From an uncultured Actinomycetes bacterium (GTDB lineage: Bacteria > Actinomycetota > Thermoleophilia > Gaiellales > Gaiellaceae): 64,000 bases of DNA. The position numbers were made by a program, and so were the translations under genes. Below are positions 40,491 through 50,619 of the stretch, piece by piece. The notes beneath the pieces are model-generated. The model was not told the origin of the DNA, made no database searches, and worked only from the letters and a program-made list of their open reading frames with translations. Numbering within the stretch: position 1 is the first letter of the stretch; each line of letters starts with the position of its first letter. Where the stretch lies: NCBI GenBank assembly GCA_963753295.1, contig CAVWBZ010000014.1:9127-73126 (forward strand). The letters run 5' to 3'.

Positions 40491-41391
40491 CAGCGGTCGC
40501 GCGAAGGTCGCGGGGGTCGCGCCCCCACGCCCGCGTGCGATGTTCCTGCGGCGGCTGCTCGGGCGCCCGACGGCGGCGGTGCGGCGCCGCCGTGGTCACG
40601 ATCATCGTCGCGGCCGCAGTGTTCGCGCCCTGGCTCGCGCCGTACCCCCGTGAACCAAGAGTTCGACTACAACCACCTGTTCAGCGGGCCGTCTCTCGGG
40701 ACACACCCCTTCGGGACGGACGAGCTCGGCCGCGACCTGCTGACGCGCGTGATGTACGGCGGGCGGACGTCGCTCCAGATAGCCGCGCTCGCGACGCTCC
40801 TGGCGATGGGGGGCGGCACGCTCTGGGGCTTCGCCGCCGCTTTCAGGCGGGGGGTGGATGGACGAGGGGCTGATGCGCGTCGCCGACCTGACGATGGGCA
40901 TGCCCGTGATCCTGCTCGGCCTCGTGCTCGTCGCGGCCTTCGGCTCGTCGGTGCCGAGCCTCGTCCTCATCCTCGGCATCCTCTTCATGCCGGCGACCGC
41001 GCGGCTCGCGCGCTCCTCGCTCCTCTCGGAGCTCAGAGCCGATTACCACCTGGCGGCGATCTCCAGTCAGCACCTCCGAGTAGGCAGATCATCGGCGAAG
41101 GAGCTGCTGCCGAACACGATGCCGGTCCTGCTCGCGCGCGCCTCGATCGTCGCCGCCGAGGCGATCTTCGTCGAGGCGAACTTCTGCGGCTTCGTCGGGC
41201 TCGGCGTCCAGCCGCCGAGCCGCGTCGTGGGGCACGCTGTTCCAGAGCGGGCTCGGCGGACCTCTACCGCTCCTACTGGTACCCGCTCTTCCCGGGCATC
41301 GTCATCCTGGCTCGCCGTCCTGGCGCTGAACACGCTCGGCGACAACCTGCAGCGCGTCCTCGACCCGGGGGGGGGGGAAGCCCGCCGGTGA
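40487..41391 (+). pseudogene. ABC permease (DppC/OppC-like), frameshifted
   Basis: ...IIVAAAVFAPWLAPY..., ...HPFGTDELGRDLLTRVMYGGRTSLQIA... and ...LGILFMPATARLARS... lie in different frames (ORFs 40256.., 40650.., 40858..). Confidence 0.7.
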
Positions 41392-42425
41392 GCGAGAAGC
41401 GCGCCGGTCCTCGAGGTACACGACCTCTCGGTCGAGTTCCCGCTCTCCTCGGGCACGATAAGACACGACCCGTCCGCGGCGCTCTCGTTCACGCTCGAGC
41501 GGGAGCGAGCGCCTCGGCATCGTCGGCGAGTCCGGCTCCGGGGAGTCGCTCACCGCGCTCGCCCTGATGCGGCTGCTCTCGCCGCCCGGGCCGCATCGGG
41601 CCGGCGGCGGGAGGTGCTGCTCGGGGGCACCGACCTCACGAAGCTCGGCGACCGCGAGATTGCGCGCGGTCCGTGGCGGCCGCATGGCGCTCGTCTACCA
41701 GGATCCGATGTCGTCGCTGAATCCGGTGCAGACCATCGGGAAGCAGATCGTGGAGGCGATTCGCGTGCACCAGGAGATATCGCGCGACGGGCGCGCGAAG
41801 AGCGGGCGATCGGGCTGCTCGGCGAGGTCGGGGGGGGCATCCGCACGCGTCGAACCGCGTCGACGCCTACCCGCACCAGTTCTCGGGCGGCATGCGGCAG
41901 CGCGCGATGATCGCGATGGCGATCTCCGCGGGCATCCCGACGTGCTGCTCGCGGACGAGCCGACGACGGCGCTCGACGTGACGACCCAGGCGCGGATCAT
42001 CGACCTGCTCGGCGCGGCTCGGCGAGCAGCGCGAGCTGGCCGTGATCCTGATCACGCACGACCTCGGCGTCGCGGCGAGCTTCTGCGACGCGCGTCCACG
42101 TCATGTACGCCGGCCGCATACGTCGAGCGCAGCCCGATCGGGCCCGCTCTTCGCGCAGCCGGTGCACCCCTACACGGAGGCGCTGCTCGGCGCGATCTGC
42201 CGCCTCGACGGAGATCGGTCACCCGGCCGATCGCGGCGATCCCGGGGCAGCCGCTGCCGGCAGGGCAGCTGCCGCCGGGGTGTCCGTTCCACCCGCGCTG
42301 CCGGTACGCGGCGGGGGGGAGCGCAGTGCTCGAGACGGAGGATCCTGGCAACCACGTCCTCCCGGACGGGCGCACCGCGGAGTGCCACTTCGCCGGAGAC
42401 GCGCGCCGCGATGGTGGCCGCATGA
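41388..42425 (+). pseudogene. ABC ATP-binding protein (DppD/OppD-like), multiply frameshifted
   Basis: Walker A GESGSGKS, the signature FSGGMRQR and Walker [12 protein letters not shown] are present but in different frames, with stops between them. Confidence 0.7.
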
Positions 42426-43499
42426 CCGCGGGGCCCGTCGAGGAGCGCGACGAGACGCTCGTCGTCGTCGAGGCGGCCTCGCCTGTTGCGGCCTCGGCCT
42501 CAGGGGCCGCCGGAACCGGACAACACATCGTCCGCGCGGTCGACGACGTCTCGTTCACGATCAGGCGCGGCGAGGACGTTCGGCCTGGTCGGCGAGTCCG
42601 GCTCCGGCAAGTCGACGCTCGCCCGGCTGCTGCTGCGCCTCGACCAGCCGAACTCGGGGCGCGTGCTCTTCGACGGGGGATCGACCTGCGTCGCTCTCGC
42701 CGACCGAGCTGGCGGGCGGCTTCGCTGGCGGGATGCAGTGGTCTCCAGGATCCGTTCGCCTCGCTCAACCGGCGCCGCACGGTCGAGCAGACGATCGAGC
42801 TGCCGCTCCGCGTCCACCAGCCCGACCTGAACGGCGCGTCGCGGGCAGACCGCGTGGGGCGGCGAGCTGCTCGACCTTCGTCGGGCTGCGCCCCTCTGCA
42901 CGCGGCCGCGTACCCGCGCGAGCTCTCGGGCGGCCAGTGCCAGGGCATCTCGATCGCGCGTGCGCTCTCGATCCGTCCCGGATTTCGTCGTGCTCGACGA
43001 GGCCGTGTCCGCGGTCGACGTGTCGATCCAGCGCAGATCCTCAACCTCCTCCGGGACCTGCAGGAGAAGCTCGGCCTCACGTATCTCTTCGTCAGCCACG
43101 ACCTCTCGGTCGTGCGGTACATGTCGAACACGGGGGGGGTCATGTACCACGGCCGGATCATCGAGCTCGCCTCGCGCGAGCAGCTTTTCTCGGCGCCGCG
43201 CCATCCGTGCACGCACGCGCTGCTCGCGTCGATCCCGCTCCCGACCCGACGATCGCCCGGCAGCAGGTGCGGCCGGCGCCGCGATCGTCCTTGACGAGCC
43301 GGGCTCGGCGACGGGGAGGCCTCGGGGGGCTGCCGCTTCCACCCGCGCTGCCCGCTCGGGCACCGCGACGAGTGCCGGGCGGTCGATCCGCCGCTCGACC
43401 CGCTCGAGCCGGGGGGCCACTCCGTCGCCTGCCACTACCCGCAGGGGACGTACGAGCCTCGCCGAGCTCGCCGCGATCGAGGCGCGCGCGGCGCGTTGA
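42422..43499 (+). pseudogene. ABC ATP-binding protein (DppF/OppF-like), multiply frameshifted
   Basis: [22 protein letters not shown] and VLDEAVSAVDVSIQ segments occur in several ORF-track frames (42486.., 42103.., 42960..). Confidence 0.7.
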
Positions 43500-44255
43500 G
43501 CGAGGTCGGACGCCTCGCGGGGGGAGCTGACCCGCGAGGAGCTCTCGTTGCTCCTCCCCGACCCTGCTCGTCGTCCCGGTCGGCTCGACCGAGCAGCACG
43601 GCCCGCATCTCGCCACCGGCACGGATGCCGCGATCGCGGGGGCACACGAGTGGCGGGGGGGGCGGCGGAGGCTGCGGCGCGGCCCGAGACGATCATCGTC
43701 GCGCCGACGCTCGCCTACGGGTCGTCGGATCACCACCTGCCCTTCGGCGCGACGCTCTCGCTCCGTACTCGAGACGTTCGCGCTCGTGCTCTCCGACTTT
43801 CTGCTCTCCTCGGCGGCGGCGGCACAGCGCCGTCTTCGTGCTGAACGCGCACGGCGGCAACACCGCATACGCCGGCCGTCTCGGAGGCCTCCCGCGCGCC
43901 TTGGTCTTCTCTGTGCGACGGCGATCGTGTCGCAGCTCCTCGATCCCGCGACGCTCGACGCGCCCCTGCCCGGGCACGCCGGTCACTTCTGGACGTCGCT
44001 CATGCTCGCGATCGCGCCGGCCTCCGTGCGGCCCGACCACGCGCGGCCGTCGGCCGGGGGGCGGCGCGCAGCTCCCCGCCGCGCGGGCTCGTCGTGGCGG
44101 AGCCGGGCCGCTGGCAGGAGCTCGACGGCTTCACCGACGCGCCCGAGACGGCCACCCGCGAGCTCGGCGAGGAGCTGCTGGCGAGTGCGTGCGCGCCACG
44201 CGCTCGGCCTTCGAGTACGTCGGGGCGCTCGATGCCCTGAAGCGCGCCGACGATC
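43496..44255 (+). pseudogene. creatininase-family amidohydrolase, frameshifted
   Basis: ...VPVGSTEQHGPHLATGTD... and ...VLNAHGGN... motifs are visible but interrupted by frame changes. Boundaries approximate. Confidence 0.5.
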
Positions 44256-45342
44256 ACAGCGGTCGAGACGGCGACCGTCTCGCTGCGCGCGAAGCCGGAG
44301 CTCGCGGTCCGCGGCGCCCGGACGACGCACGACGCGTCGACGTTCACGCTCGTCCGCGTGCTCACGAGTGCCTGTCGAGGGCTACGGCGAGGTGAGCGCG
44401 ACGGCGGCCTGGAGCGGGGAGGACGAGGTGACGGCGACGCACTACGTGCGCGACCCTGATCGCGCCGCTGCTCGCCGGCCGGCCGCTTGGGCCCGTCTCC
44501 GACCTCCGCGCTGAGCTCGACCGCTACGTGCGGGCAACCCGTTCACGAAGGCGGGGTCGAACACCGCGATCTGGAAGCGCTCGCTCGCAAGCTGGGCGTC
44601 TCGGTAGCGCGTGCTCCTCGGCGGGCCGTTTCGAGACGAGGTGCCCGTGAAGATCTCAATCAGCGGCGACGGGACCGACGTCGACGCTGGCTTCGAGGCC
44701 CGGTCGCTCGGCTTCCGCGCCTTCAAAGTGAAGGTCGGCAAGAGCCTCGACGGCGACGCGGCGCGCGTCGCGCGCGTCCGCGAGCTCGCCGGCTCCGAGG
44801 CAGACGTCGGCGCGGACGCGAATGGCGGATGGTCGCGCGCCGCGGCGCGCGAGGCGATCCCAGGCCTGCAAGAGCGATATCGCGTTCATCGAGCAGCCGG
44901 TCGATGCGACCGACCTCGACGGGATGCGCGAACTGCGCAGCCTCGGGCTCCCGGTCGTCGCCGACGAGTCCGTCTACAGCCCGCGCGACGTCGTGTAGAT
45001 CGCCGACCGCGGCGCAGCAGACGTAGTCAGCATCTACGTCGGTAAGAGCTCGGGTCTAGACCGCGCCGTCGAGTCGGCCCGGCTTGCCTCGGAACGCGGG
45101 CTCGAGATCGTGATCGGGTCGAACGGCGAGATGGGGATAGGCGCGGCGGCGCAGCTGCATCTCGCCTGCGCGTGCCCCGTGCTTGGCGGCGTCCCGTGCG
45201 GAATCACGAGCCACCACTTCTACGAGGAGGAGCCGACTCTGGCTCGGCCCCTCGACATCGACGGTCGGTCGCGCGCCTCCCCGTAGGCCCCGGCCTCGGC
45301 GTGACGGTGCGTGACGACCTGCGGCGGCGGTTCTCGTCGTGA
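44256..45342 (+). pseudogene. enolase-superfamily (mandelate racemase/muconate lactonising) enzyme, frameshifted and with an in-frame TAG
   Basis: FKVKVG, DANGGW, IEQPV and ADES motifs occur in different frames. TAG at 44996-44998 sits inside ...SPRDVV*IADRGAADVV... The C-terminus ...LPVGPGLGVTV... ends at TGA 45340-45342. Confidence 0.6.
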
Positions 45343-46474
45343 TCCCGGACGTGCAGGCCTTCGTCTACCCCGAGGAGCTCGAGGGGACGGCCCCCGACCT
45401 GCTCGCAGACCAACTCGTCGAGCTTGGCCTTGACGCGGTGAGCATGGCCGTCGTCTACCATCGCGCTCGGCGGGTGTTCCCGCGCCAGCGCCGTATCGGC
45501 GTCCTCGGTGAGACCACCGCGGACTTCGTGCCGCAGGCCGCCCACTACGGAACGCTCCTCCCACAGCGGGCGGCTGCGGCGGAGCTATGCACGCGCATTC
45601 GGGAGTTTCGCTGTGCCTGCGCGGAGCTGGCCTTGCATTCGGCGCTTGGATTGTGGCGCTCCACCACGAGCGTCTCGCGGACGATCATCCCACCCTGGCC
45701 GCGCGCGGCATCGACGGCAGCCCCAACGGGATCGGCCTGTGCCCATCGTCGCGGGCGGCGATCGAGTTCGTGTCCGCGGTCATCGCCGATGTGTGCACCC
45801 AGCTCGACCCCGACAGCATCGAGCTCGAAGCCGCGCTCTATCCTGCGTGGGAGCCGTCTTACACATTGACGCTCGCGCTCGAGCCGGTCACCGAAGCGGC
45901 GCGTCTGTTCGGGGCGCAGTGCTTCTGCGCCGCCTGCCGAGAGTTGCTCGGAGCGGACGCAGATGAGATCGAGCGCAGGACCGTGGAAGCCGCCGGGCCG
46001 CCGTTCGGCGCGGGCGGATGGGACGCCGACTTGCTCGCAGAGCTCGCCGACGTACGGAGCCGCGGCGCCCGGCGTCTGGTCGACGCAGCTGCCGAGGCCG
46101 CGCACGCGGCCGGCGCGACCCTGCGGATCTTCGGGTCGGGGACGCCCGAGCAGGCATCGCTCCAGGGCTTCTCCGGCTCGGCCTTCACTGCGGCGGACAG
46201 GATCCTCGTGGGCTGCGGACCGCTCTCGGGCGAAGCGCTCCAGGTTCGGTTCGAGGGACTGCGCGGGCTGGTGGGAGACCGGAGAGTCGCGGCATCGACC
46301 AACTGGACGTCCGAGCGTACGGCGGCGAGCATGGCCGCCGACGTCGATGCGCTCGCGGCAGCCGGCGCCGACGGGCTCGCCCTCTACAACCTCACGCTCA
46401 TTCCCGAGGAGGGTCTAGCGGCGATCCACACGGCTGCAGCGGCGTTCCGCCGACGATCGAACGTGCCGGCGTGA
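45339..46474 (+). pseudogene. hypothetical protein (~375 aa) with one apparent frameshift near 45.63 kb
   Basis: ORF 45339..45869 (good sequence to ...IREFRCACAE) and ORF 45587..46474 (good from ...AGLAFGAWIVALHHERL) join only after a 1-nt frame change. GTGA overlap with the previous gene. Confidence 0.45.
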
Positions 46475-47199
46475 TCGTCGACGGACACGTCACCATCGGC
46501 GCGAACCGCGACGTCAACCTGTCGGCGCAGGACCTGCTCGCCGCGATGGACCGGCTAGGAATCGACGTCGCCCTCGTTTCGCCACCTGAGCCCCTAATTC
46601 CGCTGCGCAATCGCGAGGGAAACGAACTCGTCACGACCGCCGCCGTTGAGTCGGGCGGCAGGCTTCTCGCCTTCGCGGTCGCGAGCCCATGGCTCGGCGG
46701 CGGCGCGGTCGACGAGCTGCGCCGCGCCGCTGAGGCAGGTGCACGAGCGCTCAAGCTCGACCCGGAGCTCCAGGGCTTCGACCTCCTCGACGGCCTGGTC
46801 GAGCCTCTCGTGAGGTTCGCCGCGGATGCCCGCTGGCCCGTATACGTGCGAACCGGCACGCCAACGCATGGACTGCCGTTGCAGCTTGCTGCGCTCGCGA
46901 GAGAGCACACTGACGTGACGTTCGTGATGGGGAGGAGCGGGGCGACCGACTTCTCCGGCGACGGGCCGCATGCGCTCGCACTCGCAGCGAACCTCGTGGC
47001 CGACAGCGCGCATGTCGAGTGGCCGACCCGTCTCGTCGCCGCAGCCCCAGAGCTCTTCGGGCACCGGGTCGTCTTCACGACGGACGCGCCGTTCGCGGAT
47101 CCCGACCTCGAGCTCGCGCGCGCCACCGAAGCCGGTCTCCCGAGCGCCACACGTGCCGCCGTGCTCGGTGGCAACCTCGCGAAACTCCTCGGCCTGTGA
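46471..47199 (+). CDS. amidohydrolase-2 family (PF04909-like) metal-dependent hydrolase
   Basis: 242 aa from GTG 46471 (GTGA overlap), in frame in ORF 46018..47199. The VIVDGH start and TIM-barrel hydrolase pattern resemble the two paralogs at 47987 and 48841. Confidence 0.7.
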   Translation: MIVDGHVTIGANRDVNLSAQDLLAAMDRLGIDVALVSPPEPLIPLRNREGNELVTTAAVESGGRLLAFAVASPWLGGGAVDELRRAAEAGARALKLDPELQGFDLLDGLVEPLVRFAADARWPVYVRTGTPTHGLPLQLAALAREHTDVTFVMGRSGATDFSGDGPHALALAANLVADSAHVEWPTRLVAAAPELFGHRVVFTTDAPFADPDLELARATEAGLPSATRAAVLGGNLAKLLGL

Positions 47200-47990
47200 C
47201 GGGCGCACCTCCGGACCGATTGGACCTCCTGGAGGATCTCCAACGCCTGGGCCTTCGCAGAGGCGACCGAGTCGTCGTCCACTCCTCGTACAGATCGATC
47301 GGCATCGTCGACGGCGGCCCGGGCACCGTTGTCGACGCGCTGCTCGACGCCGTCGGCCCGCAGGGTCTGCTCGTCGTCCCGACGTTCACCTACGACACCG
47401 CTCGCTTCGACCCGCTGCACGAACCGGGCCGGACCGGCGTTGTGTCGGAGATCGTGCGCACGCGGCCCGATGCGCACCGCTCACTTCACCCGGCGTACTC
47501 CGTCGCGGCAATCGGGACGGGCGCGGACGAGCTCTGCCGGGATCACGAGCAGCGCGCTGGAACGGACGTCGACTCGCCGCTTGACCGGCTCGTGGCTGCG
47601 GGCGGTCTCGTCCTGCTCATCGGCGTCGGCGCGACTTCGAACACGACCGTGCACGTCGGCGAGTTCCATGCGGCTGTGCCCTACCTCGAGGTTCCGTTCT
47701 CCCCTGCCTGGCCGACGGTTCACGAGGTCGTCGTCCCTGGGGGCGAGCCGATCCAGGTCGAGTACCGGCGGTTCCCTGGGTGCAGCCGGGCGTTCGCCGC
47801 CCTCGAGTGGCGACTGCGCCGGCGAGGCGCGGTGCGCGACGGACGGATCGGCGACGCGATCGTGCAACTCGTCGGCGGCGTCGCGATCGTCGAGGAGACC
47901 GTCACCGAGCTCCGAAACGACCCCGCGGCGCTCCTGTGTACGGACGTCTCGTGCTACCGGTGCACGCGCGCGCGCGAGCTACTCGGCTAA
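47196..47990 (+). CDS. AAC(3)-family (Antibiotic_NAT-like) N-acetyltransferase
   Basis: 264 aa from GTG 47196 (GTGA overlap). VVVHSSYRSIGIVDGGPGTVVDALLDAVGPQGLLVVPTFTY is the family's N-terminal signature. Confidence 0.7.
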   Translation: MTGAPPDRLDLLEDLQRLGLRRGDRVVVHSSYRSIGIVDGGPGTVVDALLDAVGPQGLLVVPTFTYDTARFDPLHEPGRTGVVSEIVRTRPDAHRSLHPAYSVAAIGTGADELCRDHEQRAGTDVDSPLDRLVAAGGLVLLIGVGATSNTTVHVGEFHAAVPYLEVPFSPAWPTVHEVVVPGGEPIQVEYRRFPGCSRAFAALEWRLRRRGAVRDGRIGDAIVQLVGGVAIVEETVTELRNDPAALLCTDVSCYRCTRARELLG

Positions 47991-48844
47991 CCGGGCCGGT
48001 CGAGGCCGAGCAGCGGAAGTGGATCGCGGTGGATCAGCTCCTCGATCCGGTCGAGCGGCACCGGCGGTAGCGCCGTGCCTACGATCACGTCGTTCACGCG
48101 GCGAAGAGCCTCAATCGTTTCGGCTGGCGTCGCGATCGGAAAGTCCGATCCGAACAGCAGCTTGTCGAGCGCGCCCCACTCCGTCGCCAGTCGCATTCCT
48201 TCGTAGAACGACCACGGCCGGTAGAAGAGCGCCGACACGTCGGCGTAGACGTGCGGATGCTTGCGGATCGTCACGATCGTGTCGCGCTGCCACGGATGCC
48301 CCATGTGTGCCATCACCACGCGCAGCTCCGGAAACCGCATCGCGATCTCGTCCATGAGGAGTGGGTGCGCGTAGCGGAGCGGGGCTTCGCGCACTGGCGA
48401 CGCTCCCTGGTGAAAGAGGATCGGCAGCCCGTGCCTCTCAGCGAGCTCGTAGATCCGTAACGCCGACTCCCCGAGCGGGTCGAAGATCTGGTAGTTCGGA
48501 CCGAGCTTGATTCCGCGTAACGCGAGCTCCGTCCGCGCGCGCTCGAGCTCGTCCTCAGCTCCGGGCACCTCGGGATGCACGGAGAGGAAGCCGATGCGGC
48601 GCTCGGGCGCGGCCCTCACAAAGGCGGCGACGTCATCATTCAGCGTGTAATCGACGGAGACACGGTTGCGCGCGATCGTGAACGCGACTGAGACGTCGAC
48701 ACCGGCGAACGCTGCGTCGTAGTCGGCCCATGTCGTCGTCGCCGCAACGATGCGATCTGGCCGCCACTTCGCGTTCTCGACGAATTCGTCGGTGGGGATC
48801 TCGTGCCGGTGCGTCGGCACATGGCTGTGGATGTCGACGATCAC
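47987..48844 (-). CDS. amidohydrolase-2 family metal-dependent hydrolase
   Basis: 285 aa from GTG 48844 (GTGA overlap). VIVDIHSH metal motif, ...FHQG..., ...MAHMGHPW..., ...LLFGSDFP... Confidence 0.8.
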   Translation of the reverse strand: MIVDIHSHVPTHRHEIPTDEFVENAKWRPDRIVAATTTWADYDAAFAGVDVSVAFTIARNRVSVDYTLNDDVAAFVRAAPERRIGFLSVHPEVPGAEDELERARTELALRGIKLGPNYQIFDPLGESALRIYELAERHGLPILFHQGASPVREAPLRYAHPLLMDEIAMRFPELRVVMAHMGHPWQRDTIVTIRKHPHVYADVSALFYRPWSFYEGMRLATEWGALDKLLFGSDFPIATPAETIEALRRVNDVIVGTALPPVPLDRIEELIHRDPLPLLGLDRPG

Positions 48845-49584
48845 TCGGTGAGCAGGCGTCGCGGGTTGTCTTCTAGGATGGCGCGCCGCTGGCGGTCGGC
48901 CAATCCGAGTAGCTCGAGCTGCCGAACGCGGAGCGCGACGTAGCGTTGGTGAGGGTCTGGTTGAAGGCCGCCGTCGGTTCCGAAGAGCAGTCGATCGAGC
49001 GGGCAGCTCGCGACCAGCGCGCGCATTGCGTATGCCGGAGTCGCGCATAGGCAGATCCGAACGTTCGGCGCGAGCTCCACCGCAGCGCGGGCCTCCCGCC
49101 AGAGATCGTGGAGTCCGCCGTGGCCGAGGACGATCGTGGTCCGCGGATGCCGACGCGCGAGGACGGCGAGCTGGAGCGGCGTACTCCAAGGCGGCGTGCC
49201 GTCGTGCAGAAGTACCGGAAGCCCGAGCTCGGCCGCGACCTCGCAGATCGGGTCGAGCCCCGGTGCGTGCGGCGAGAATCCCTGAACCCACGGATGGAGC
49301 TTGACACCGCGCATCCCGTGCGCCCGGACGCAACGGGCGATCTCGTCTGCGGCGCCTGGCTCGTGCGGGTTCACGGTCGCAAACGGCACGAACTCGTCTC
49401 GTTCCCGTTCGACGTATGCAGCGAGCGCGTCGTTCGCGGCCGCCCCCGGAGAGCGGAGTCCGTCGAATGTGAAGATCACCGACAGCGAGATCCCGAGCGA
49501 CTCGGCGTAGGCGCCGTACTCCGCTGCGGCATACGGAAGTTCGCCATCGACGAGCCCCGGCTGGTGGACGTGGAAGTCGATCAC
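48841..49584 (-). CDS. amidohydrolase-2 family metal-dependent hydrolase
   Basis: 247 aa from GTG 49584 (GTGA overlap). VIDFHVH, ...VKLHP..., ...LGHGG..., ...LLFGTDG... Confidence 0.8.
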   Translation of the reverse strand: MIDFHVHQPGLVDGELPYAAAEYGAYAESLGISLSVIFTFDGLRSPGAAANDALAAYVERERDEFVPFATVNPHEPGAADEIARCVRAHGMRGVKLHPWVQGFSPHAPGLDPICEVAAELGLPVLLHDGTPPWSTPLQLAVLARRHPRTTIVLGHGGLHDLWREARAAVELAPNVRICLCATPAYAMRALVASCPLDRLLFGTDGGLQPDPHQRYVALRVRQLELLGLADRQRRAILEDNPRRLLTE

Positions 49585-50591
49585 CCGACCGACTCCGGCA
49601 TGAGCCCCGCGGCGGCCGCGACGCGCTGCGCGAGCGCGAGGCTTGCGAGGCCCTCGTCGATGCCTGGAATGGGGGCCGTCCCGGCGAGGCAGTGGTCGAC
49701 GAACGAGGCGAGCTGTCGGCGAAAGCAGACCTGGGTCTTGTCTCCGGGCGCGACCAACTCCTCGACGGCACCGTCGGCGAGCTTGACGGTCAGCGCGAAC
49801 GTCGGCGGATCCAGGACTGCGCGCCCCAACGGCCCCGTGACGACGAACTGGCTCGGCGGTAGCACCGGATACAGCCACACGACCTCGAGGCGGGCAACCG
49901 AGCCGTCCGCGTAGCGGAGCAGGCCGAGGTTCGCGTTCGCGGTCGCGAAGCGATCGTCGCTCCGCATCGCCATACCGGTAACGTCGACGGGGCTCTGCCC
50001 GAGCAAGTAGTTGAGGCGGTCGCAGGCGTGCACACCGTCGGAGATCATCGGCGGCCCGTATGTGAGCGAGCGCAGTCGACGCGCGAACCCCACGGGATCG
50101 CCTTCGGGATCGGCGCGCTCGTCGCACGTCGATGCCTGTACGAGCAGCGGCCGGCCCAGCACGCCGCCCTCGATCAGCTCGCGCAGCCGCTCGACAGCCG
50201 GATGATGGCGGTACGTGAGGCCGATCTGGTATCGCTGTCGCGCGGCCGGCTCCTCAGCGAGTTCACGCGCCTCGTCGAGTGTCGGCGCGATCGGCTTCTC
50301 CGCAAGGACGTACCGCCCCGCGCGCAGTGCCGCCTGCGCGAGTCGGACGGTCACCCATGCAGGAGTGGCAAGCACGATTGCGTCAACCGAGTCAGCCGCG
50401 ACGACCTCCTCGACGTCCGTCGTAGCCCGTGCTCCCGGTACCAGGGCAGCCGCCTCCTTCACGCGCCCGGGATCGATGTCGGCGACGACTGCGAGCGAGA
50501 CACGCGGCTCCGCGAGGAGCGCAGACAAGTGCGCCCGCATCCCGATGTCGCCGAGTCCGACGAGCGCGACGGAAATCTCCGAGCCGCTCAC
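49581..50591 (-). CDS. Gfo/Idh/MocA-family oxidoreductase
   Basis: 336 aa. N-terminal Rossmann motif VALVGLGDIGMRAHL and EKP motif (LAEKPIA). Confidence 0.85.
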   Translation of the reverse strand: MSGSEISVALVGLGDIGMRAHLSALLAEPRVSLAVVADIDPGRVKEAAALVPGARATTDVEEVVAADSVDAIVLATPAWVTVRLAQAALRAGRYVLAEKPIAPTLDEARELAEEPAARQRYQIGLTYRHHPAVERLRELIEGGVLGRPLLVQASTCDERADPEGDPVGFARRLRSLTYGPPMISDGVHACDRLNYLLGQSPVDVTGMAMRSDDRFATANANLGLLRYADGSVARLEVVWLYPVLPPSQFVVTGPLGRAVLDPPTFALTVKLADGAVEELVAPGDKTQVCFRRQLASFVDHCLAGTAPIPGIDEGLASLALAQRVAAAAGLMPESVG

Positions 50592-50619
50592 GGATGCACC
50601 CTAACCGGCGTTGCCATCC

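Noticed and set aside
47196-47990. Calling the AAC(3)-like gene an aminoglycoside-resistance determinant.
   Set aside because: Only the family fold is recognisable. It sits translationally coupled inside a catabolic operon. Substrate specificity cannot be inferred from sequence by eye.
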